This document shows positions 1 through 10,100 of a DNA stretch of 64,000 nucleotides, in pieces (position 1 is the first letter of the stretch; every line of letters begins with the position of its first letter). The notes beneath the pieces were generated by a model that was given only the letters and a program-made list of their open reading frames with translations, ran no database searches and was not told the DNA's origin. The position numbers were made by a program, and so were the translations under genes. The DNA lies in NCBI GenBank assembly GCA_029838195.1, contig JALGVJ010000002.1:64001-128000 (forward strand). The letters are read 5' to 3'. Source of the stretch: Promethearchaeota archaeon (GTDB lineage Archaea; Asgardarchaeota; Lokiarchaeia; Sigyniarchaeales; SOKP01).

Positions 1-181
1 TTATTTTCTACAAATTTAGAGAAATTTTTTTTAATTATTTTTTATTTTTTATTATAAAAAACAAATAGTATTTAGAAAACTATCACCTAATAACATAACT
101 CTTCGCTAAATTAATGATCACGCAAGTGATTTTAATATTTTATCATTAGAAATAATTAATAAAATTTGGGAGTTTAATAAA

Positions 182-601
182 ATGGACGTAATAGATCTCA
201 AAATTTTAGAAGAATTAAAAGATAATAGTCGAGTTTCATTCAATGAAATTTCTCAGCGTGTAGGGAAAACAGAGGCAACGGTGCGACGACGCGTGAAGCG
301 TTTAATAGATGAAGGAATAATAAAAAGATTTACAATTGAATATTCGGTTAATAGTAAACCAAAAACAAGAGCTACCGTAAAAATAGAACCTGATTTTAAA
401 GAAATAAAAAGAATATTGAGTGAATTGAAGCAAATTGAAGAAATCACGGATATTTGGAGGCTTTCAGGGGATTGTGGTCTATTCTTGCGAGTGGAAATAC
501 CGAGTATCGAGGATTTTAATCCATTGATTGAAGAAAAAATTTCGCCCATTAGGGGCATTAAAATCGTAGAGACGTGTTTTATCACGGATGTAATCAAATA
601 A
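182..601 (+). CDS. Lrp/AsnC family transcriptional regulator
   Basis: N-terminal HTH 'DLKILEELKDNSRVSFNEISQRVGKTEATVRRRVKRLIDEGIIKRFT' plus C-terminal RAM-like domain. Confidence 0.92.
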   Translation: MDVIDLKILEELKDNSRVSFNEISQRVGKTEATVRRRVKRLIDEGIIKRFTIEYSVNSKPKTRATVKIEPDFKEIKRILSELKQIEEITDIWRLSGDCGLFLRVEIPSIEDFNPLIEEKISPIRGIKIVETCFITDVIK

Positions 602-791
602 TGCTGGAAACTTTCCTTTACTTTAGCATGTATGTGAATGCGCGAATTAATAGTATGATGTCCTTCAATTCACGCGTTTAATAAAAAATTTTTATTATTC
701 CTTCTTTTCTCATGGGGTTTAATAATGTACTTTATTTAAGTTGAAGTACTTTAATAATTATCTCTGAATGAATTCTATATAATCTTCTAAG

Positions 792-2132
792 ATGAGTTAT
801 AAATTCAGTAAGGAAGAGCTGGAAAAGCTATTAGTAGATTATAATAAGATTGCGTTAAAAGATCATGATCTTCCCTCCAGAGTTTATATATGGGATGAAA
901 CCTTGAGAGATGGGGAGCAAAGCCCTACGGTTTATCTTACTTTAGAAGAAAAGATAGATCTTGCTAAACGAATGGATGAAATTGGGGTAACATTAATAGC
1001 AGTAGGGTTTCCAGCTGTTTCTGAAATGGAAAAAAAGATCGTCAAGACCATCGTTAATGAAGATTGTAAAAGAGCCACTATTTTGGGAGTGGCTCGTCCG
1101 AAAAAAGAAGACATTGATGCTTGTATTGATGCCGACCTCAAAGAAATCGTCATTTTCATGCCGATTTCCCCTATTTTTATGAAAACGCTCAAATTAACTG
1201 AGGATGATGAGCTCCGCCAAATACGAGGAGCCATTTATTATGCTAAAGATAATGGATTTAAAGTTAATTGGGTTTCTGAAGATGGAACCCGAGCCGAATT
1301 TGAGCACCTAAAAAATGTATTTCAGACGGCAATTGATGCCGGAGCGGAGCGCATTGTATTAGGGGATACCGTAGGCGTGCTTACTCCTGTTTCGACCTCT
1401 TATTTAATACGGCGAATTAAGAAGGAAGTATTAGAACCCATAAATAAGAACATTCCTATGGGCATTCACACGCATAATGATTTCGGACTAGCCGTTGCTA
1501 ATACAATTACCGGAGTTTTTGAAGGCTGCCTTTATCCTCATACGTGTATAAACGGATACGGAGAACGAGCCGGTAATGCAGCATTAGAAGAAGTAGCTAC
1601 TATCTTAGAACGCATGGAAATAGATACCGGAATAAACTTAAAAAAATTACCTGAACTTAGCGAGACGTGTGAGCGCTATTTTTGTCAGCCCATTTCTCAA
1701 TATAAACCTATTGTAGGAGATAATGCTTTTTCACATGAAAGTGGTCTACACATCGCAGCAATATTAGCACATCCTCTCACATATGAACCGATTAATCCTC
1801 ACATGGTTGGGAGGCGAAGGAAATTTTATTTGGGTAAATTTTCAGGCTCTAAATCTATCTTACATGCTATCAAAAATAAAATAAAAGTATTAGATCTGGA
1901 TCTTCCTGAAGATGTCATTAAGAAAATAGTGAACGAGGTAAAAATGAAACATGAATCCACATCGAAAGAGGAGTTAAGAAAATCCTTTAAAATCATTAAA
2001 AATGAATTAAAAAAGATAACAAAAGGAGTTAGTGATAAAGATTTTTTTGAAATTACTTATAAACATGCTGAACCATATTTACCAGAAGAATTCAAGAAGA
2101 AAAAAGAAGAGATTAGTGAGGTTGAAGAATAA
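792..2132 (+). CDS. Homocitrate/isopropylmalate/citramalate synthase family protein (DRE-TIM, AksA/NifV-like)
   Basis: 'DETLRDGEQ', 'HTHNDFGLAVAN', 'GYGERAGNAALEE', 'HESGLH...TYEP'; no LeuA-type C-terminal regulatory domain apparent. Confidence 0.9.
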   Translation: MSYKFSKEELEKLLVDYNKIALKDHDLPSRVYIWDETLRDGEQSPTVYLTLEEKIDLAKRMDEIGVTLIAVGFPAVSEMEKKIVKTIVNEDCKRATILGVARPKKEDIDACIDADLKEIVIFMPISPIFMKTLKLTEDDELRQIRGAIYYAKDNGFKVNWVSEDGTRAEFEHLKNVFQTAIDAGAERIVLGDTVGVLTPVSTSYLIRRIKKEVLEPINKNIPMGIHTHNDFGLAVANTITGVFEGCLYPHTCINGYGERAGNAALEEVATILERMEIDTGINLKKLPELSETCERYFCQPISQYKPIVGDNAFSHESGLHIAAILAHPLTYEPINPHMVGRRRKFYLGKFSGSKSILHAIKNKIKVLDLDLPEDVIKKIVNEVKMKHESTSKEELRKSFKIIKNELKKITKGVSDKDFFEITYKHAEPYLPEEFKKKKEEISEVEE

Positions 2133-2140
2133 TTTTCATG

Positions 2141-3586
2141 CTATTTCCTTTCAAGTCGTTTTTCAATCTCTTTTATCTTCTTATGTAATTTTTTTAAATC
2201 TTCCTTGAGATCTTCCGATTGATCATTATAAGAATTCTCATCTAATTTTCCAGATTCAAATTTCTTTTTAATGAATTCTAAGAGATAGTGAATGGAGTTG
2301 ATTTTATTTTCTAAATTCTCTTTTTCCTTGCTCAATTCAGATTCACTCATCATTTCTAGTGTCGTTACTTCTGTGGGCTTAGAAGATTCCATACCCGCTC
2401 TTCCTTTTTCAATTTTTCCCTTCTCTCTTGATTTATTAATATCCCTTAAAATTTCTTCTTCTGAGGGAGGAGATTTTTCAGATAAATCTGATACAATGGA
2501 TTGAATTATATTTTCTTGAGTTAATGTAGTATCTTTATATGTGGGGCCCAATTCTATTTCTTCGGGAGGAATTTCTTGAGCTTTTATTTCTTTCGGAGGA
2601 ATGTATGTTTTAGCTTCTTTTAATTCCGCAATTTCTTTTTCACTTGCAGAAGCTATTTTTATCAATTGATTGATCGTTTTTTGAATGGTGTTAATTTGGC
2701 TCGAAAAAGTTTTTAATAAATTCATTAGGTCACTTTTATTCGAAATTTTAATATCAATAGCCACGCGTGGTTCTGAAATCTTTTCTGCAGCTTCTTGACC
2801 TTGGATGGAACTTGAAGACTCTGAAATGAATTCTTGTACAGCAACTTCGGGAGTAGGTATCAATCCTTTAGATTTTAATTCTAATCGAAAATCTGAAAGT
2901 AGCCACTTGAAAATGTTTAAAGCTAAGGTAGAATGTTGATCGTGATTAAATCCTCCCCCAATTTCATTTCGAAACATTTCATAACTTCCTATTGCGCATA
3001 CTTTCCCATTTTCCGGTTCCGCCACGCATATTAAAGGAGAACTGAAGGGCTCAGAAGATTCATTAGAATATGCGATGGAAAGAGCATTCCCAATAATGGT
3101 TAAGGAGCATCCTGCTCTATAACAAAGCGATGTAATACCTTCTGTTATAGGATGGGGAGGCCGAAAATCATGTATGATTGGTAAATTCTCAAATCCTAAA
3201 TTACTAATTTCATCTAAAACTTGATCATTTTCAAATGCAATGCCGAAACGTTCACTTAATTCCGATAAATTACTGTTGCGTCCTTTATCTCCTCCTGCGT
3301 GCGATAAAAGTAATAATCCACCCCCATCTTCTAAGACCCATCGTTCAATATAACTTATTTCTTGGCGGGATAATTTTGAAAAATCAGGACATCCTATTAC
3401 TAGAATATCAAATGAGCGCAAATTTTCATGTGTCATGGGGTCAGTAAAATTATAACAGACAAATCCATTTTCATTTAAAAAATCTCTTACATGAGAGTAA
3501 TTCTCGTTTATTTTTACCCTATTTTTATGAGTAGCATCAAAAGCCACGTGGATCTTGTCAATTTCTTCTTTTTCTAACATGATCAA
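2141..3586 (-). CDS. GIFT-domain (IFT52/GldG/DUF4350-like) protein with C-terminal coiled coils
   Basis: 'VAFDATHK', 'DILVIGCP', 'GGGLLLL..GG', 'LSERFGIAFEND', 'GKVCAIGSYEMF', 'NIFKWL'; low-complexity linker and helical tail; no signal peptide. Confidence 0.72.
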   Translation of the reverse strand: MIMLEKEEIDKIHVAFDATHKNRVKINENYSHVRDFLNENGFVCYNFTDPMTHENLRSFDILVIGCPDFSKLSRQEISYIERWVLEDGGGLLLLSHAGGDKGRNSNLSELSERFGIAFENDQVLDEISNLGFENLPIIHDFRPPHPITEGITSLCYRAGCSLTIIGNALSIAYSNESSEPFSSPLICVAEPENGKVCAIGSYEMFRNEIGGGFNHDQHSTLALNIFKWLLSDFRLELKSKGLIPTPEVAVQEFISESSSSIQGQEAAEKISEPRVAIDIKISNKSDLMNLLKTFSSQINTIQKTINQLIKIASASEKEIAELKEAKTYIPPKEIKAQEIPPEEIELGPTYKDTTLTQENIIQSIVSDLSEKSPPSEEEILRDINKSREKGKIEKGRAGMESSKPTEVTTLEMMSESELSKEKENLENKINSIHYLLEFIKKKFESGKLDENSYNDQSEDLKEDLKKLHKKIKEIEKRLERK

Positions 3587-3725
3587 GCTGTAAAAATGAT
3601 TAATTAGATGAATTGGAATAATAATATTTTTTCCGTTAAATCTATAATACGATTAATATTTATTATTTCTTTCAATTTATTTTTCATCACTTAAAAAAAG
3701 AAAATAAAAGAGTGCAATGAAATCA

Positions 3726-4823
3726 TTAATATTGACTTTTATCTCCAATTATTAGGTAATTTTTTGAAATATTTTCGATTTTTACATTGCTTCCTATTAT
3801 GGAGTTTTCGGAAATCATGTTTTTTATGAGTGAATTCCTCTCAATTAAGCAATCACTTAATATAGAATTCATGATAATCGTGTTTTCCCCGACTGATACG
3901 TAAGGACCGATCACCGAATTGATAATTTTTGCATTTTTCCCTATATAAACGGGATTTTTTAAAAAGGATCTCTCGACGGTAATGTTCAATCGTTCAAAAT
4001 CTTCTTTTTTACTAGCCACATGTTCCAATAAATATCGATTTCCTTTTAATAACTCGGAAGGTCTTCCAAAATCTAATATGCCTTGCTTTAAAACTACTGC
4101 AGCTATCTTGAATCCTTGCTTCACAAGATCTTGTAAGCTTTCTGTCATGTAGATCTCTCCAGATTCCTCATTTCGTTGATCTAAATATTTTTTTAAGCTA
4201 TTAAAAAGTGCTTTCATGGCTGTATGAGAAAAAGCATAAATTCCCGCTATTGCTAAATCGGAAATAAATTCCTTTGGTTTCTCTACTAGCCTTGTTATTA
4301 ATCCTTCCTCATCGGTTTCCACTATCCCATATGAACTCGCACTTTCTCTCGGAACTTTCATTACCGTTATAATACCATCTACTTCAGAACTATAATATTT
4401 ATACATGATATAAGAATATTCATCTAATGGAATCATATCGCCTAAAAATATGAGAGCTCCTTGTCTTTTATCTTCTTCTCCATTTACCGGAGTTTTCTCA
4501 TTAAATCTCTCATGGGCTAAATAGATAGCTTCTCCTAAGCCCCAATAATAGGGAATATCCTCTTTATAGCCTCTTGGAACTTGTTCAATAAATGTGAGTT
4601 TAAATTTATCTTTGTAATATTCTTTCACGTAATCCATTATCTGCCTTTTCTTATATCCCACGATTAAGATTAATTCTGTTCCGAAATCGAAGGTATTAAT
4701 AAATTTATCAAGTATGTGGTCTAAAACAGTTTTACCGGCCACTGTTATGAAAGCTTTCGGCTTGCTTAACGTAAAGGGGCGCAAGCGGGAGCCAATTCCG
4801 GCAATAGGCCCGATAATTTTCAT
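3726..4823 (-). CDS. Sugar-phosphate nucleotidyltransferase (long-form glucose-1-phosphate thymidylyltransferase-like)
   Basis: 'AGIGSRLRPFTLSKPK', 'LVEKP', C-terminal hexapeptide-like repeats. Confidence 0.9.
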   Translation of the reverse strand: MKIIGPIAGIGSRLRPFTLSKPKAFITVAGKTVLDHILDKFINTFDFGTELILIVGYKKRQIMDYVKEYYKDKFKLTFIEQVPRGYKEDIPYYWGLGEAIYLAHERFNEKTPVNGEEDKRQGALIFLGDMIPLDEYSYIMYKYYSSEVDGIITVMKVPRESASSYGIVETDEEGLITRLVEKPKEFISDLAIAGIYAFSHTAMKALFNSLKKYLDQRNEESGEIYMTESLQDLVKQGFKIAAVVLKQGILDFGRPSELLKGNRYLLEHVASKKEDFERLNITVERSFLKNPVYIGKNAKIINSVIGPYVSVGENTIIMNSILSDCLIERNSLIKNMISENSIIGSNVKIENISKNYLIIGDKSQY

Positions 4824-4880
4824 GATGAGATAATTTTTGTTAATTTGTATTTAATTTTGTTATAAATAATAATCTTGATT

Positions 4881-5657
4881 TTAATAAAATCTTGACTTGT
4901 CTGAATCAAATACTCTCTGTAAATAACCGAATATTAAATCTAAACCATGCTCTTCTTTTATGGAGCAAGGAGTCAATTCAGCAGTGGATCCTAATTGAAT
5001 GAATACCTCAGATAATAGCATGGAAAGCTCTCGAATCAAGCCTTTTTCTCTTTCACTAGTATGTTCTTCTAAAGCTTTAAAATCCGTGCTCCAATTCACG
5101 ATCATGTCAATCTGATCCTCATCTAATAAATCCATCTTCGAAAGTGCGTTTATTTGGGGGATTTTCTGAAATCTAAATTGAACAGAAGCCGCTAATAAAA
5201 GTGTTGATATGAATCCATTAGGTCTTAAAACTAAATTAGAATCAAAAAGAAAGGTAATGGACCTCTGAATTCCATTTATCCCTAAAGAGCTGGCGATTAA
5301 GGGCCCCGTATCCCTAAAAGCAAATAATTCTAATTGCCCTGCTGTATCGACTAAAATCCAATCCGCATTAAATTCATCCAATTCATCTTTAAGATCATCT
5401 AAATAATTCACCATTAAATCTGATGCAAGAATCATGGCTCCATTCGGACCCAATCCATATGTCTCCATCACTTCTCTTAATAAAATATATTCTCTAATAT
5501 CTATATCGGGCACGTAAGGAAGAACTTCAGCTCCAGGATCTAAATTTACGGTTATTGCTGAAATCTCGGGATCTCTATTCATCAAGTAATCCTTTAATGC
5601 GCCTGTTAAGGTACTTTTACCAGAACCCGCCGTCCCAATAAAATAATTGAGTAACAT
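4881..5657 (-). CDS. GPN-loop GTPase
   Basis: 'GTAGSGKS', 'NLDPG', 'YGLGPNGA' (GPN loop), 'DTAGQLE', 'SKMD'. Confidence 0.95.
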   Translation of the reverse strand: MLLNYFIGTAGSGKSTLTGALKDYLMNRDPEISAITVNLDPGAEVLPYVPDIDIREYILLREVMETYGLGPNGAMILASDLMVNYLDDLKDELDEFNADWILVDTAGQLELFAFRDTGPLIASSLGINGIQRSITFLFDSNLVLRPNGFISTLLLAASVQFRFQKIPQINALSKMDLLDEDQIDMIVNWSTDFKALEEHTSEREKGLIRELSMLLSEVFIQLGSTAELTPCSIKEEHGLDLIFGYLQRVFDSDKSRFY

Positions 5658-5920
5658 AATGAATACCTCACTCCTTTATTCTTACAATCTAAGATGGATT
5701 TATATTAAATCTAATATAGAACATAACGTCTCATGCCATTTAATTGTTCTTATACCCTCCATGATTTAAATAAAGGTGATTATTAATTTAAAATTCTAAA
5801 ATTGCCTCATCTTTTTTCATCTTTTAAAAAGCATTACAAGAAACATCTTTATTTCATGTTTATTATTAAACCATTTCTTTTCAGAAAAAGGGAGGAATAT
5901 CTTCTAAATAAAATTCTTGT

Positions 5921-6316
5921 TTAGTTCTTTCGTATTGTGCGCAATTCGGATAAATAATATATCGGTTTTTTTATAACATTTTTAAAATATTCTATTTCTT
6001 CTCTGGATTCCTTACCGATATACCCATCCACATCCAGCACTAAAATTGCTTCTTGTAAATGTAATTTTTTTAGAGCAATTTTTTGCAATGCATCCCATTC
6101 CTCTTTCGAAAATTTTGTTTTGTTCAAGAGACCATCAATTGAGCAGAGAGATATCAATTTATCATGGAAAATTTGCAAGATTGACTCAATTTCGATAAAA
6201 TAATCTCTTGCTTTCGAAACCGAACCAACTAAATATATTTTTTCTTCCTTTATTTTAGAAAAGTCGTAGTTTTCGTATTTTTTTAGAAAACTTTTATTTA
6301 ATCTTCTCTCATTCAT
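5921..6316 (-). CDS. Hypothetical protein, possible nucleoside 2-deoxyribosyltransferase-like/DUF4406-like fold
   Basis: 'IYLVGS' and 'ILVLDVDGYIGKESREEIEY...KPIYY' resemble the NDT-like pattern. Confidence 0.5.
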   Translation of the reverse strand: MNERRLNKSFLKKYENYDFSKIKEEKIYLVGSVSKARDYFIEIESILQIFHDKLISLCSIDGLLNKTKFSKEEWDALQKIALKKLHLQEAILVLDVDGYIGKESREEIEYFKNVIKKPIYYLSELRTIRKN

Positions 6317-6352
6317 AATATTTAATAATATTCACTCGTATTTATTTCTGAA

Positions 6353-7153
6353 ATGAATATAAATCAAGTATATCAAAAAGACAATTTAGAACTTTTATCC
6401 GAAATTAAATCAGAGATAATTGATTTAATTTACATAGATCCTCCGTTTTATACTGGTGTTGATTACTCAGAATTCAATGATAAATGGGATTCAATGAATG
6501 CTTATCTCCAATTCATGGAAATTCGCATTCGTGAAATGCATCGTGTACTTAAGAAAACCGGAAGTTTCTATCTGCATTGTGATCGAAATGCCGTTTTCGA
6601 ATTGAAATTAACGTGTGATAGGATATTTGGAAAAGAAAATTTCAAAAATGACATCATCTGGAATGTAGGAAGCGTTTCGGGTTTTAAAAGTCAAGTAAAG
6701 GGCTGGGTGCGGCAACATGACATCATTCTTTATTACACGAAATCCGACCACTATACCTTTAATAAACAATATTTGCCCTATAATGAAAAATATGTAAAAA
6801 AAATGTTTAGATATAGAGATGAAAATGGGCGATTATATAGAAAAAGACGAGGAGGAAAGCAATATTTAGATGAAAATCCTGGAACTCCTCTTGGTGATGT
6901 GTGGAATGATATCTTTTCTTTCCAAACTGCCACTCGCGCTAAAGAATATGTAGGGTATCCCACGCAGAAGCCTCAAAAATTATTAGAACGGATCATCTTA
7001 GCCTCGTCTAATGAGAAGGATTTAATAGCTGATTTTTTCTGTGGATCAGGAACCACTCTAGTCGTAGCAAAGAAATTTAATAGAAATTTCATTGGATGTG
7101 ACGTGAATCCTAATGCTGTAGAACTTAGTAGAGTCAGATTAAAAGAGATATAA
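6353..7153 (+). CDS. N6-adenine/N4-cytosine DNA methyltransferase (beta class), apparently orphan
   Basis: Motif IV 'DPPF' before motif I 'DFFCGSGTT'; 'YPTQKP'. Confidence 0.93.
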   Translation: MNINQVYQKDNLELLSEIKSEIIDLIYIDPPFYTGVDYSEFNDKWDSMNAYLQFMEIRIREMHRVLKKTGSFYLHCDRNAVFELKLTCDRIFGKENFKNDIIWNVGSVSGFKSQVKGWVRQHDIILYYTKSDHYTFNKQYLPYNEKYVKKMFRYRDENGRLYRKRRGGKQYLDENPGTPLGDVWNDIFSFQTATRAKEYVGYPTQKPQKLLERIILASSNEKDLIADFFCGSGTTLVVAKKFNRNFIGCDVNPNAVELSRVRLKEI

Positions 7154-7178
7154 TACTCGTTCTTAAATTAATTACATT

Positions 7179-10100
7179 TCATTCTTTTTTGGGAACTATT
7201 ATTCCCAAATTAATTAAGTTTTCCATGGCTTCAATAATTAAATCTTCATTTTTGTCTGCCATTAAATCAAAAATAATATCTAATTTGAAATCATCATGTT
7301 CTCTTAAATAGGATTCTATAACATGTAATACCCGATTTTCTAAGGACGATAATTCTCGTAATTCTTTAATCTTTTGAAATCGAGTTTTCTCATCAATAAG
7401 AACAAAATAATCCTTATAATAAAGTTCGAGTACTTCATTTAAAATATCTGGAATTCCCTCTTTAAAAGGAGTCATGTTACCATAGAATTCCTCTAATTCT
7501 TTACTAAAATGTATCGAAATTTTTTCTGCTAATTCGTATAATTTTTCTTTTAATCTTTCAGAACTCCTTTTGTTAAGAATTAAAATGGTTCGCAATCGTT
7601 GATAATCAAAAATTAACGTATAAAAATATTTAAAATCAATTTCCATGGTTTTACCTTTTTCCTCAGTTAATTTTTCCATTGTTTCTTGTTCTGTTATTGT
7701 TGTTCCTATTGTGATTATGGCTTGGATGAATCCTGATAATAATTGGGGATCAATATCTTTGAAAAAGGAATAAGCTTGGGAATAGAGAGGAATACCAGAC
7801 TCCTCATGCATGAAAAATATGGCTTGAATATTTCGAATATCCTTGAATTTCTGGGTTTTAGCTTTTAAAGCCAATACCTTTCTTTCTCTTCGTGGTTTGA
7901 TTACACGTGCTCTCAAGCCAATAATACCAAGGGAAGTTGTAGCTCCAATTGATACAGCTACCAAAATCCATAGCCAATAAGCTGGAACAGGTCTTTCTGA
8001 AATGAAGATCAAAATGGAATATTCCTTCGTTTGATAAATTTTGCTCTCTTTAAATATTATCAGCGTTAATTTATAATTACCAATAACATTTTCAGGAAGA
8101 TCCAAGTTTAAAATGTAAGTGCCATTTTTAAGGTTTTGAAATTGTCCCGTCCCATATTCCCATGAATAAGATATGTTTGCATCTTTAATTAAATTCTTTT
8201 TACTATCTGTTAGCAGGATGATAATGGTAATTGAATCGCCTTCGTATGCTTGAATCGAGTCTTGAAAATTAATCGCATTCACATTAAATTCTATTTGTTC
8301 CACCTCTAATTGAAACATGAAAGTAGTGGTTGAATAATCAGTTTTTTGAAATTCCACATGCAAGGCATTTATCCCAAGAGAAAAATTTTCTGATGTTATA
8401 GTCAACGAAATTTCGTACCAATTATCATCATCCGATTTTTCTAATTTTATTTCATGTTCTCCTAAGTGTAGAGTAAAAATAGCCCCTGATAAATATACTT
8501 TATCAATTTCTCCATAGGCACGGGCTCTTAATGTTAATTTATCATTATACCTTACTCCAATGACTTCATTTTCATTAATTTTCTCATCATCAACATGAAC
8601 AGTTAAACTCACATATTGGGGGTTAATGATTACAAAAATGTTAATAAATCCCGTTGCGAAACCAGGCTTATTTAATTCAATGAGACAAGAATGTTTCCCC
8701 ATCGCAAGTCCCGAAGTATTTAATTGAATTATGAAACCCTCTGAACGATTCTCAATACTAAATGTACTACTCCACGTGACAGAACAATTAGCTCCTTCTA
8801 TCAATTCGCTAGTAGCGGAAATCGAATAATTTGCCTTAACATTAACAATTTCATTTTTGTAAGAATTAAACAACGTATTATTCGAGTCAACATTAGTTTC
8901 AATGGGGTGAATAATTAATAAGATCGAATTAGCTGTAGTTCCAAAATCCGTCTTATTCGCATTAATGATAATGGTATAGGTTTTTATTACGCCTTCTTCG
9001 GGTAAATCATTAGTTGAAAAATTGAGAGTATACGTGCCATTATAATGATCTGTAATATTATAAAATTTTTGCCAATTTGTTGAAATATTCGCCGGATAAA
9101 GGGGAGCTCCATCCTTTACTCCCTTGAGATTTATTCTACAAATAGCAAATGAATTACTCGTGGCATTAATTGCTTCACTGGGTATTTCAATTATCATGCT
9201 TGGTTTAATTATTTTCAAATGAATGAGATGATTTCTTGTAATATTTTCAAAAAATGTTTTAGAAGCATTAAAAGAGAAATAATAATCGCCTAAATCTAAG
9301 GAACTCGTGTCTATATCTCCAAAATAAATACCATTTCCTAAATATGTCATAGTCCCAAAGGAACCGTAAGTAGAATTATAAGAAACTTCAGCATAAGTAA
9401 TACTTTCATTGAAATCAGTATCGGTTAGATTAACCTTTAGCAAAAGGGGCTCTCCAGCAGCTTGTTCAAAATAATCTTTTACCGCCGTCAAATTTACATG
9501 ATGCCATGCAATAAAACTCAACTCTTTATATCCTATTTTATTTCTATATAAATAAGACTGATTATTAGACCAGAATATTTTAACAATATATTTACCCACG
9601 GACATGTTATCGCCTACTATGAAATTTCCAATTTTCACGTTATAGTCCTCAGGTTCTTTCCAGTTGTCCATGAGTATCGTTCCGTTAGGATAATAAATTG
9701 TATAATTAACAATAGTATTAGCTAAAGGAAGCGAATCATCTAGCGTAATATTTATACGGAATTTATCTCCATGAGTCAATTTTGAAAGATCGAGAAATTG
9801 GGTCCCATTCCAAGTAGCTATATTTCCTTCTATTAAATAATTCCCGCTAATTGCCTCGAATTTCCATAAACCTTCTGATAATATTTCATTTGATATTTTT
9901 AATTTTGTTGATCCAAGATCAACACCCTCGCAATTCTGCCTTTGTTGTTCATAAAAACCATCCAGTATGGATGTAAAATTCCAGTCTGAAGGTTTTTCAA
10001 TTTCCGCCCAACTTTGATATCCCGTAGGAATAGTTATTGAAGCTTCTAAGTACCAATTAACTTGGGCTCCTACGGAATAATAACTTCCCTCTTTACCTGA

